DNA of 32,000 nucleotides from an uncultured archaeon. GTDB lineage: Archaea; Iainarchaeota; Iainarchaeia; Iainarchaeales; Iainarchaeaceae. The DNA lies in NCBI GenBank assembly GCA_964577555.1, contig CAZNZM010000002.1, positions 63,012 through 95,011 on the forward strand. Direction: 5' to 3'. This document shows, piece after piece, positions 9,055 through 16,898 of the stretch (position 1 is the first letter of the stretch; the number at the start of each line of letters is the position of its first letter). Position numbers and translations under genes: made by a program. Under the pieces are notes generated by a model. That model was given only the letters and a program-made list of their open reading frames with translations. It was not told the origin of the DNA and ran no database searches.

Positions 9055-9963
9055 TTGTCTGAAAAATTCTCTGCTATATTTGGGCTTATAGTTTCGTCTT
9101 TTATTTTTGCAATTGTAGGGATTTCTTACAAATTGTTTATTTCAATAGGAATTGCATTTATTTCTTTTTTTTGGATAACTCGGTTGTTAAAATTGCTTAC
9201 TGTTTACGGGATTATGAAAGCAAGAGGAATAAATATTGAAATAATCAGTGATAGGCGAGAATTATTTTTTCTTTATTTAAACGGTTTTTTTAGCGTAATA
9301 AGTCCTATTTTTTTTGCTCTTGCATTGATTTATACAAAAGTATCAACAGCATATTTCCTTTCATACACAATGCCTGCCTGGACTTTGATTTTTTCAGTTG
9401 CATTTCTTGGTGAAAAAATTTCTTTAAAAAAATTATTCGGAATAATGCTTACTGTTATTGGAATTTTTTTGATTACACAACCTGGCGACTTATCTTTAGT
9501 AAATTTAGGTTTTATTTTTGGGGTTCTTACAGCTTTTTCTCATGCCGGGGATATTATAACCTCGCGAGAACTTAAAGATTATAAACCTGAATTAGTTTCG
9601 TTTTACTCTAACTTTTTTCAATTTGTCATATTTACTCTGGCTTTTTTTGCAATGTCAAAAGAAATTATTTTTTGGGAGCCTATAATTATTTTTTATTTAA
9701 TAATTATTGGCATACTTTTGGGAGTTGCCAGTTCTTTTTATTATTACTCTCTGCATTATATTGAAGCCTCGAAAGCAGCAATAATATCACTTACAGAACT
9801 CATATTTGCTTTATTTTTAGGCATGTTGCTTTTACAAGAGACTCATTCCATTTTTGAATGGTTTGGTTATTTGTTTATAATACTTGCAGCAGGGATATTT
9901 ATTTTGAGAAAATCATCTATTCAAAATTTTACACGATTGATAAATTTCAAAAGAAAATACTAG
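9055..9963 (+). CDS. EamA/DMT family transporter (about 10 predicted TM segments)
   Basis: Two EamA-like repeats: AYFLSYTMPAWTLIFSVAFLGEKISLKKLFGIMLTVIGIFLI and YSLHYIEASKAAIISLTELIFALFLGMLLLQET. Weak ATG context; the track start is TTG at 9055. Confidence 0.85.
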   Translation: MSEKFSAIFGLIVSSFIFAIVGISYKLFISIGIAFISFFWITRLLKLLTVYGIMKARGINIEIISDRRELFFLYLNGFFSVISPIFFALALIYTKVSTAYFLSYTMPAWTLIFSVAFLGEKISLKKLFGIMLTVIGIFLITQPGDLSLVNLGFIFGVLTAFSHAGDIITSRELKDYKPELVSFYSNFFQFVIFTLAFFAMSKEIIFWEPIIIFYLIIIGILLGVASSFYYYSLHYIEASKAAIISLTELIFALFLGMLLLQETHSIFEWFGYLFIILAAGIFILRKSSIQNFTRLINFKRKY

Positions 9964-10129
9964 AGTCTTTTGCAAGTTGTTTTAGTTTAAAGTAATAATT
10001 TATGAAGAAATAAATAGAATGGTGCTCTCATATATAATCCGATGCTTTATGACTTCTATTAGCAAGCTTGGTTAAATTATTACACAAGAATTTTGATCAG
10101 CGTTCGCAAACACGACAATTATAGAAATT

Positions 10130-10141
10130 TTGGCATGCCAA
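10130..10141. promoter_or_regulatory. Perfect 12-bp palindrome TTGGCATGCCAA upstream of the wHTH gene (candidate operator)
   Basis: Exact self-complementary sequence about 48 bp upstream of the ATG at 10189. Confidence 0.35.
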
Positions 10142-10188
10142 ACATTAAATAATTGTTTTTTATTATTTTGTGTTTTAATTTTAATTAA

Positions 10189-10527
10189 ATGGCAAAAAAA
10201 TCTGGGTATCCAGAATTGTCTGAGTTAGAATTGCGCATACTTGAAATAGTTAGGGAGCGTTGGCCGTCGTCTGCTTTGGAAATAGCTGAGAATTTAGGTG
10301 AAGATGTTTCCTCACATGAAAAACGAAAGCAACAATCAACCAAATATATTTATTATTTGAAAAAACTCGTTGAGAAAAGGCTGATTCTGTCAAAAAGAGC
10401 CGGCAATTTGTTATTGGTTTGGCCAATTGAAGCCGAAGCCTATAGGGCAATTCACCGCATAATTTCAGAAGCTGAAAAAAACGCAGTTGCATGTATTGAA
10501 AAAAAGGCAGGTTATAAAAATGCTTAA
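10189..10527 (+). CDS. Small winged-helix transcriptional regulator
   Basis: ELSELELRILEIVRERWPSSALEIAENLG...STKYIYYLKKLVEKRLILSKRAGNLLLVWP: wHTH pattern with beta-wing. Confidence 0.75.
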   Translation: MAKKSGYPELSELELRILEIVRERWPSSALEIAENLGEDVSSHEKRKQQSTKYIYYLKKLVEKRLILSKRAGNLLLVWPIEAEAYRAIHRIISEAEKNAVACIEKKAGYKNA

Positions 10528-11089
10528 CTCGTTTTTGGATAAATACATATTTACAAATTCTTTTAGCTACAAACACAACAACTTTTATTTAGTAAACATT
10601 CCGCTTGTTATAATTCCGGTTACTACTTTGGTTGCAATAGCTGAACAAAACAACAAAGACCTTAATATTGAAGTTTATTATTCAATAAAAGAGTCAATAA
10701 TTTCTTTAATAAAAGAAAACATAATATTTGAATTTGGCACTAGCAATGAAAAAATTGTCGAATTCATGAATAATTTTTTTTCAGCTTGTGGTTGGGGGAA
10801 AATAGATATTATTGACCTTGATAAATTAAATACGCGTGCAATACTTTCAGTTACAAATTCTCCTGTAGCAAAATTGTGTAAAATATCAAAAAATCCTTGT
10901 GACACTTTTCTGAGAGGCTTTTTTGCAGCAATATTTTCAACATATTTCAAAAAAGATATTGATTGTGTGGAAATAAAATGTGCCTGTCTTGGTTCGCAAT
11001 CATGCGAGTTTATTATAAAACCTATTCAAGAATTCAATTTTGAAAATAATCTGACAAGAAATCAATTATTGTCTAAAAAAGATTTTTGA
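10520..11089 (+). CDS. V4R (4-vinyl reductase-like) domain protein
   Basis: C-terminal CVEIKCACLGSQSCEFIIKP typical of V4R; preceding LCKISKNPCDTFLRGFFAAIFSTYF helix region. ATG at 10520 overlaps the upstream gene by 8 nt. Confidence 0.7.
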   Translation: MLNSFLDKYIFTNSFSYKHNNFYLVNIPLVIIPVTTLVAIAEQNNKDLNIEVYYSIKESIISLIKENIIFEFGTSNEKIVEFMNNFFSACGWGKIDIIDLDKLNTRAILSVTNSPVAKLCKISKNPCDTFLRGFFAAIFSTYFKKDIDCVEIKCACLGSQSCEFIIKPIQEFNFENNLTRNQLLSKKDF

Positions 11090-11100
11090 AATGTTTTATC

Positions 11101-11937
11101 ATGTTAATTAAATTCAAAAGATTCAGTCAATTACACAAAAAACTAGCAATTTTAATAACACCAGAACCTTTTAAATATGCCAAATACATGATATTTTTAA
11201 TGATTGAAAGATGTCCTACAGGTATAGAAGGTTTGGATAAGGCATTAAACGGCGGAATACCAAGAAACAATATTGTCCTAATTTCAGGCGGAGCAGGAAC
11301 CGGAAAAAGCACCCTTTGCCTTCAATTCTTAATTAACGGAGTAAAAATATTCAACGAAAAAAGCCTTTATATCTCAACAGAACAAAGCAAAAAAGAAATA
11401 TTCAAAACAGCAGAGAGCTTTGGCTGGGATTTGGCTTCACTCGAAGCCACTAACAAACTAAAAGTAGTTTACTTCGACATTGTCGAAACCGACGGCTTCT
11501 TAGAAAAAATGTATGAACTTTACACTTCTTTTATGCCAAAAAGAGTTGTCATAGACTCGTTAACAACACTAGCAGATTCTTTACTAATTTCCAATAAAGA
11601 AACAGACAAATCCTATTCGCTAGTTAAAATAGCAGATAGTGTCTCACCAATACCAAAAACAGAAAGGCTAGTTCAAAAAAGCCTGCTTTATCACTTGATG
11701 AAAAAACTCCGCCTCTTTGACTCAACAATCCTTCTAACTTCAGAATTACTTGAAGGACAAAACGGCCTCAGCGCCGACCAAATAAGCGAATTCGTATGTG
11801 ATGGAGTGATGGTTTTAAAATATTTAGCAATAGGCGAAACATTGAGTAGGACTATTGAAATAAAAAAAATGAGATACACTACTATTGAAGGCGGAATAAA
11901 ATCTTATGAATTTAGTGATAATGGAATAATACTTTGA
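11101..11937 (+). CDS. KaiC-like RecA-superfamily ATPase
   Basis: CPTGIEGLDKALNGGIPRNNIVLISGGAGTGKSTLCLQFLINGV (Walker A), YISTEQSKKEI, KRVVIDSLTTL (Walker B), FVCDGVMVLKY. TTG at 11086 is an alternative start. Confidence 0.9.
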   Translation: MLIKFKRFSQLHKKLAILITPEPFKYAKYMIFLMIERCPTGIEGLDKALNGGIPRNNIVLISGGAGTGKSTLCLQFLINGVKIFNEKSLYISTEQSKKEIFKTAESFGWDLASLEATNKLKVVYFDIVETDGFLEKMYELYTSFMPKRVVIDSLTTLADSLLISNKETDKSYSLVKIADSVSPIPKTERLVQKSLLYHLMKKLRLFDSTILLTSELLEGQNGLSADQISEFVCDGVMVLKYLAIGETLSRTIEIKKMRYTTIEGGIKSYEFSDNGIIL

Positions 11938-11959
11938 TTTTTATGCGAGGTTAATTTTT

Positions 11960-13108
11960 ATGGATATTAAAGATAATTTTGTTAGACTTTATGTAAAGAG
12001 ATTTGTAATTCCAAGAGCTTTGATTTTAGATGTTCCTGGTTTTGTTAATTTTAAAATTTCTGGAAAAACTTCAATTTTTGCAAGACAACTTTTAGTTCCT
12101 GAATCATTTTTTATTAATTTAGAAAAAGTTATTGTCGAAAAATTCGGTGAAAAAGGAAAATCGATTTTTTATTCTGTTGGAAAAAAATTCGGTTATAGTT
12201 TTGCACAATTAGGAAGATTTGAAAATATCTCAGATCATCCTGGCGATGCTGTTAAGGATTGGATTGTTATAGCTAGTAAATTTGTTGAAGGAACTTATGC
12301 TTCTGAAATAAGCCAAGTTATTGATGTGAAAAATAAAACAGTAGATTATACTCTAAAAAATTTTGTAATTTGTAGAAAGTTAGGTTACGATTTTTTTTTA
12401 GCTACTGGCGGTGCAGCAGGTGTCATTGCATGGTTATTTCAAGATAAAAACATAGAAGGGTATTATTATGATAATAAATTTTTGGAAGATGGCAACATTT
12501 GTAAAGTAAAATGTGCGCCATATAAAATATTAAAAAATTCATTTTCTGACAACGTATTTTCTGAAACTAATTTAGATGATCTTACTCATGATCCAATGAA
12601 TTACTTGAAGTTTAACGAAGAAAAGCCACTAAGATATAATAAATCTTTTAGTAATTATCTAGATGCAAAAATATTTTCTTATGAAAATGGTATTGTGAGT
12701 TATAATTATAATAAAGAAAGATTTTTTTTAATGGAAGTAAGTGGAATGTACTTACTTGAAAAAGAATTGAAAGCTAATGGTTTGAGTAATATACTTTTTG
12801 ATATAGCTTATGATGCTGGCAAGAATTTGTTTAGTGAATTTGGGCAAAAAGATGAAAAATCGTGTTTGGAATTAATGGCAGCATTAGGTTGGGGGGAGAT
12901 ATTGGTTTTACCACCTGTTAATAATAAATTAAATATTGTTGTAAATTATTTCCCTTGGACCAAATGGTATAATGAAATTAATTTTTCTATGTTGAGTGGT
13001 TTTTTAAGTGGAATGTTATCAAATATTAAAGGGTACAAAGTAAGATTAGAAAACCCAATTGTAGATATTAATAATAGTTATTTGGCTATTTTATATCGTG
13101 AAATTTGA
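11960..13108 (+). CDS. Two-repeat V4R-like domain protein
   Basis: 382 aa. Each half has a helical GKxxF..G segment followed by an E/V-rich beta region: SVGKKFGYSFAQLG...YYYDNKFLEDGNICKVKCAPY and YDAGKNLFSEFG...LSGFLSGMLSNIKGYKVRLENP. Assignment by pattern only. Confidence 0.5.
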   Translation: MDIKDNFVRLYVKRFVIPRALILDVPGFVNFKISGKTSIFARQLLVPESFFINLEKVIVEKFGEKGKSIFYSVGKKFGYSFAQLGRFENISDHPGDAVKDWIVIASKFVEGTYASEISQVIDVKNKTVDYTLKNFVICRKLGYDFFLATGGAAGVIAWLFQDKNIEGYYYDNKFLEDGNICKVKCAPYKILKNSFSDNVFSETNLDDLTHDPMNYLKFNEEKPLRYNKSFSNYLDAKIFSYENGIVSYNYNKERFFLMEVSGMYLLEKELKANGLSNILFDIAYDAGKNLFSEFGQKDEKSCLELMAALGWGEILVLPPVNNKLNIVVNYFPWTKWYNEINFSMLSGFLSGMLSNIKGYKVRLENPIVDINNSYLAILYREI

Positions 13109-13113
13109 TCATT

Positions 13114-13896
13114 ATGAAGAAAATAGGCTATATTGAAAATTTTTTATATAAATTAAGATCTGAAGGGCCTTTAATTATACCTCAAATAGACCCTGATAAA
13201 TATTCCCCAGATAGCTCAAAAGATTGGTTTAAAAATGTTAAGAGTTTAGGCATTCCAATAATTGCTATTGGTGGAAGTATAGTTGACAGTTTTAATTTGC
13301 AAAATTTAATCGATATTGCTGTTAGAGATTATGAATTTTTAGTAATAACATATTTAACAACTAATTCTATTAGTTCATTGAAAGGTTATAAAGGAAAAAC
13401 TGCTGTGTATTGGATGCATGTTCCAACTTCTAATAATACTTTTTATAATTGGGATGGGTTAATTTCCAATTCTTTAAGTATTGAAAAGAATGAATTTGAA
13501 ACTTTGCCTACAATTTATGTTTTTGATGATCGTGGGTCTATTGCAACTTCTAATTGGATGACTAGGGCATATCCAATCCCACAAGACAAACCAAAAATAA
13601 GTTTAGCAGTAGCAAAAGCTGCTGAATTTTTAGGCATTAGATTTTATATTATGGCAGGTGGCTCAGGTTGTTTTAAACCACCCCCGTATAAACATGTTGA
13701 ATTGTTGAGTAAAAAAACTAGTTTATTTGTAATACCTACAAGTGGAATTAACACTTCTGATCAAGCTTATAAGTTATATAAATTTGGAGCTGATGCATTG
13801 CATATTGGAAATAGGTTGGAATTACCGGGCGGATTTAATATTTTAAAAAAAATAGTAAGGGTTTCAAAGAAATTTCCTGGAAAAGAATTTTTATGA
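13114..13896 (+). CDS. Divergent geranylgeranylglyceryl-phosphate synthase / PcrB-like TIM-barrel protein
   Basis: PLIIPQIDPDKYSPDSSKDWFKNVKSLGIPIIAIGGSIVD; RAYPIPQDKPKISLAVAKAAEFLGIRFYIMAGGSGCFKPPP; GINTSDQAYKLYKFGADALHIGNRLE. Order and spacing follow GGGPS motifs. Confidence 0.75.
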   Translation: MKKIGYIENFLYKLRSEGPLIIPQIDPDKYSPDSSKDWFKNVKSLGIPIIAIGGSIVDSFNLQNLIDIAVRDYEFLVITYLTTNSISSLKGYKGKTAVYWMHVPTSNNTFYNWDGLISNSLSIEKNEFETLPTIYVFDDRGSIATSNWMTRAYPIPQDKPKISLAVAKAAEFLGIRFYIMAGGSGCFKPPPYKHVELLSKKTSLFVIPTSGINTSDQAYKLYKFGADALHIGNRLELPGGFNILKKIVRVSKKFPGKEFL

Positions 13897-14633
13897 ATAC
13901 TATTAATTATTCAAAATACAATGATTTTATTTTATTAAAAAATAATTTTAATTTGTCTAGTAAATTAGAAGATTTGGATTTTGCTATTTTTGATTTTGAT
14001 GGAACTTTATATCCTGGAATGATATTGCTTGATCTAATCGAATATACTTTTTCAGAAGATATTTACAAAATGTCTAGGTTGGAAAATATTAAAAGAGATT
14101 ATAAGAATGGTTTATTTGTAAAATCCTATAAAAATTTTTTAAATTTGCTAAAAGGCGAAGAGAAATGTAAAGTTTCAGAAAATGCAAATTTTCTTTTGAA
14201 TAAGTCTTATCCTAGTAGTAGAGAATTTGTTAGTAAGCTTAATGAAAAATATAATTTAAAATGTAAGTTGGTTTCTTTGACTGCTGATTTTATAGCTGAT
14301 TTAGTAAGGAAAAGATATGGTTTTATTGAAGCTTCAGCCATTAATTATTCAACTAAAATATGTTGGGGAAAAGAGTATTTTACTGGTTTAAGTAATGATA
14401 AAATTATTGAACCACAAAATCTTAAAAAAAAATTATTTTTAAAATTAAGTGATATAAAGAAATCATCAAAGTTTATCTATTTTTGTGATAGTTTAGATGA
14501 TTTAAAAATTTTAGAAGATGCATATATTAAAGTTGCTATTAACCCAAATAAGAAAATTTTAGAGTTAATTGAATTCGACTTAATCATTAACGATTTTAAG
14601 GATCCTTGGATTCATTTGAACGAAATGGTGTAA
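13893..14633 (+). CDS. HAD-superfamily hydrolase (phosphatase, SerB-like subclass I)
   Basis: DFAIFDFDGTLYPG (motif I), LVSLTADF (motif II), FIYFCDSLDDLKILEDAYIKVAINPNKKIL (motif IV). ATG overlaps the previous stop (ATGA). Confidence 0.85.
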   Translation: MNTINYSKYNDFILLKNNFNLSSKLEDLDFAIFDFDGTLYPGMILLDLIEYTFSEDIYKMSRLENIKRDYKNGLFVKSYKNFLNLLKGEEKCKVSENANFLLNKSYPSSREFVSKLNEKYNLKCKLVSLTADFIADLVRKRYGFIEASAINYSTKICWGKEYFTGLSNDKIIEPQNLKKKLFLKLSDIKKSSKFIYFCDSLDDLKILEDAYIKVAINPNKKILELIEFDLIINDFKDPWIHLNEMV

Positions 14634-14634
14634 A

Positions 14635-15588
14635 TCACTGATATTTTTTAACAATTTCATATATTTTTTTTCTAAAATAATCTGCCATTTGTTCATTTTT
14701 TGTTATTCTAACTATAGCATTTATTTTTGGTTCTTCTTTAATGCCAAAATCTTTGAATAAATCTTCACTATTTTTCCATTTTAAATAATAATTTTGAAAA
14801 AATTTTTTAGTTTCGTTATCAAACTTTACTTCTATTATATAATTACCTTGTATAAAAATGTCTTCTTCAATTTCAAATTTTGTACCTGTTGGCGGGGAAA
14901 TTCCACCAGATCTAATATATTGTTTTCTAATCCATTCACCAAAAGTGGTTTTTTTTCTAATTATTGCAATGGGCTTATAGTTAGTTAATGCCATTTTTCC
15001 TAATAATTCTAAATGTTCAAATCTAAACTTTATTATCCACCAACCATATTCCATTATACACACAAAACTTTTATCTTCAGAATTTCTTGCTAATTGTCTT
15101 GAAAATAAAAGTTTTGCCACAGAAACTGCTAAATCTGTCATTGAATTATATTCTAATTCTATTAAACCAAATTCTGAATTTTCAGATATTTTTATTTTTT
15201 CGTTTTCAAGGTATTTTTTTTCTAATTCTGTCATTAGGCGTTTAGAATTCTGTATCCATTCTATATTCAATTTATAAGTGTTAACATTCTTTACAATGAT
15301 ATTTTCTATTGTTAATTCTTTTATTATTTTATGAACTGCTTGATATGTAATATTTGTTTTGAATTCTTTTTGAAGACGGTTATATATTTTTTTAGCTGTA
15401 AGAGGCCATTCATCTGTTAATATTATTATTATTTTTTGTTTTGTTGAAGTATTTTCTGGGGCTACCTTTAATATTTGTAATTCATTTATCATATTCTTAT
15501 TTACTTTTTCATACAAAAATATTAAAATTGGTTTTTTTTGTGTTTTGCCTGGATTGCCTATTTGTTTTAATTCATTTTTTATTTTCAT
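14635..15588 (-). CDS. wHTH regulator with uncharacterised C-terminal domain
   Basis: PLTAKKIYNRLQKEFKTNITYQAVHKIIKELTIENIIVKNVNTYKLNIEWI is a wHTH; about 180-residue C-terminal part of unknown family. Convergent with the HAD gene. Confidence 0.65.
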   Translation of the reverse strand: MKIKNELKQIGNPGKTQKKPILIFLYEKVNKNMINELQILKVAPENTSTKQKIIIILTDEWPLTAKKIYNRLQKEFKTNITYQAVHKIIKELTIENIIVKNVNTYKLNIEWIQNSKRLMTELEKKYLENEKIKISENSEFGLIELEYNSMTDLAVSVAKLLFSRQLARNSEDKSFVCIMEYGWWIIKFRFEHLELLGKMALTNYKPIAIIRKKTTFGEWIRKQYIRSGGISPPTGTKFEIEEDIFIQGNYIIEVKFDNETKKFFQNYYLKWKNSEDLFKDFGIKEEPKINAIVRITKNEQMADYFRKKIYEIVKKYQ

Positions 15589-15628
15589 TTTTTTAAAGTT
15601 TTATTCTTATTTAGGTTTTTTTGTTTTT

Positions 15629-15910
15629 TTATGCTTTTATTAAAATTTCTTTTTCTTTGTCTATTAGTTCTAATATTTTTTCTGTTAGGTTATTGCAGTA
15701 GTAGATTTCTGATGTTTGGTTGATTATTTTTAGTTTTTCTAGTTTGGTTAATTCTGTTTCTATTTGGTTTTTTGGAATTCCAGTTTCTGTGGAGAGTGTG
15801 TGTTTTGTGCATGCTTTTTTTTGTTTTATTGTTTTTAGTATTTTGGCTTGTTTTATTGTTATTATTTTTTTTTGGCATAGTTTGAATAGGGTGATTTCGT
15901 AAAGGTTCAT
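15629..15910 (-). CDS. Small HTH/winged-helix protein
   Basis: MNLYEITLFKLCQKKIITIKQAKILKTIKQKKACTKHTLSTETGIPKNQIETELTKLEKLKIINQTSEIYYC. Internal ATG at 15910 preferred because the upstream 28 codons run through a GC-rich hairpin. Confidence 0.55.
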   Translation of the reverse strand: MNLYEITLFKLCQKKIITIKQAKILKTIKQKKACTKHTLSTETGIPKNQIETELTKLEKLKIINQTSEIYYCNNLTEKILELIDKEKEILIKA

Positions 15911-15934
15911 GTTTTTTTCACTTTGTGGAGAGTT

Positions 15935-15980
15935 GCCCCGCCTTTCGGCGGGGTGCGAGCAGAGAATGCTAATTAGCATT
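15935..15980. promoter_or_regulatory. GC-rich hairpin (CCCCGCC-TTTC-GGCGGGG; GAAA loop on minus strand) next to 16-bp palindrome AATGCTAATTAGCATT
   Basis: Direct base pairing: 15936-15953 forms a 7-bp stem with a 4-nt loop; 15965-15980 is a perfect palindrome followed by a T run. Confidence 0.6.
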
Positions 15981-16139
15981 TTTTCGATCTGCAATTTATA
16001 ATTTGTTTTGTTGGGCTAATATAAATTATGTTTAATTTTTGTCAATTTTTTAGTTGATTTTTTTGGTATTTTCGTCAAAGGGCTAATGTTTGATGGCTTA
16101 TTGACGAAACATTTTTATTGGTGTAACTTCATTAGTATG

Positions 16140-16847
16140 GCTATTATGGATCAGTTGGCTACGCTTATTGCTGGTGAAATTGCTCTTTCGAAAGACCCTG
16201 GTTCTAGTATGAAAAAGTGGCGTGAAATATTTGGGGTTAGCCAGACTGAGTTGGCTGAGGCACTTAAAATTTCTTCTTCTACTATTTCTGATTATGAGGG
16301 TGGTAGGAGGAAAAGTCCCGGTATAGGTGTTGTTTCAAGGCTTGTTGAAAGTTTGTTGGAAATAGATAAGAATCGTGGAGGAAAAGTTAAGAAGCAGCTT
16401 GAACAGAATTTTCTTCCTAAATTAGAAGTGTTTGATATAGTGGAGTTTTCAAAGTCTGTAGATGGCAGGGATTTTGCTGAAGCAATAAGTGCTGATTGTG
16501 TGGCTAATCCTGGCAGGCTTAAAGATACGAAGGTTTATGGTTATACTATTATAGATTCTTTGAAAGTTATTCTTGATGTTCCAGTGCATGATTATATAAA
16601 AATGTATGGTAAAACTCCTGAAAGGGCTCTTATATTTATGCAAGTTGGTTCTGGTAGGAGTCCTATGATTGCGGTTAAGGTTGGCAGGTTTTCTACAGAT
16701 ATGAGGCCTTCAATAGTGGTTTTGCATGGTATTGATAAGGTTGATCCTATTGCTCAAAAAATTGCGGAGAATGAAAAGATTCCTCTTCTTGTTACAACCA
16801 AGCCTATTGAGGAGATTAAGTCTGAGTTAAAAAAGTATGAAACATGA
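16140..16847 (+). CDS. XRE-family transcriptional regulator with conserved archaeal C-terminal domain (COG1709-like)
   Basis: MKKWREIFGVSQTELAEALKISSSTISDYEGGRRKSPGIGVVSRLVESL HTH; C-terminal GYTIIDSLKVILDVP...RALIFMQVGSGRSPMIAVKVGRFSTDMRPSIVVLHG. Upstream in-frame starts (16086) possible. Confidence 0.85.
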   Translation, partial: AIMDQLATLIAGEIALSKDPGSSMKKWREIFGVSQTELAEALKISSSTISDYEGGRRKSPGIGVVSRLVESLLEIDKNRGGKVKKQLEQNFLPKLEVFDIVEFSKSVDGRDFAEAISADCVANPGRLKDTKVYGYTIIDSLKVILDVPVHDYIKMYGKTPERALIFMQVGSGRSPMIAVKVGRFSTDMRPSIVVLHGIDKVDPIAQKIAENEKIPLLVTTKPIEEIKSELKKYET

Positions 16848-16898
16848 GAATAAAAAATTTGTTTAAGCAATATTTTTGATTGGTTGTTTTTGTTGAAA

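Noticed and set aside
15911-15994. N-terminal 28 residues of the 15629-15994 ORF as coding
   Set aside because: They would be encoded by the GC hairpin and palindrome; the ATG at 15910 gives a compact HTH protein. Not excluded experimentally.
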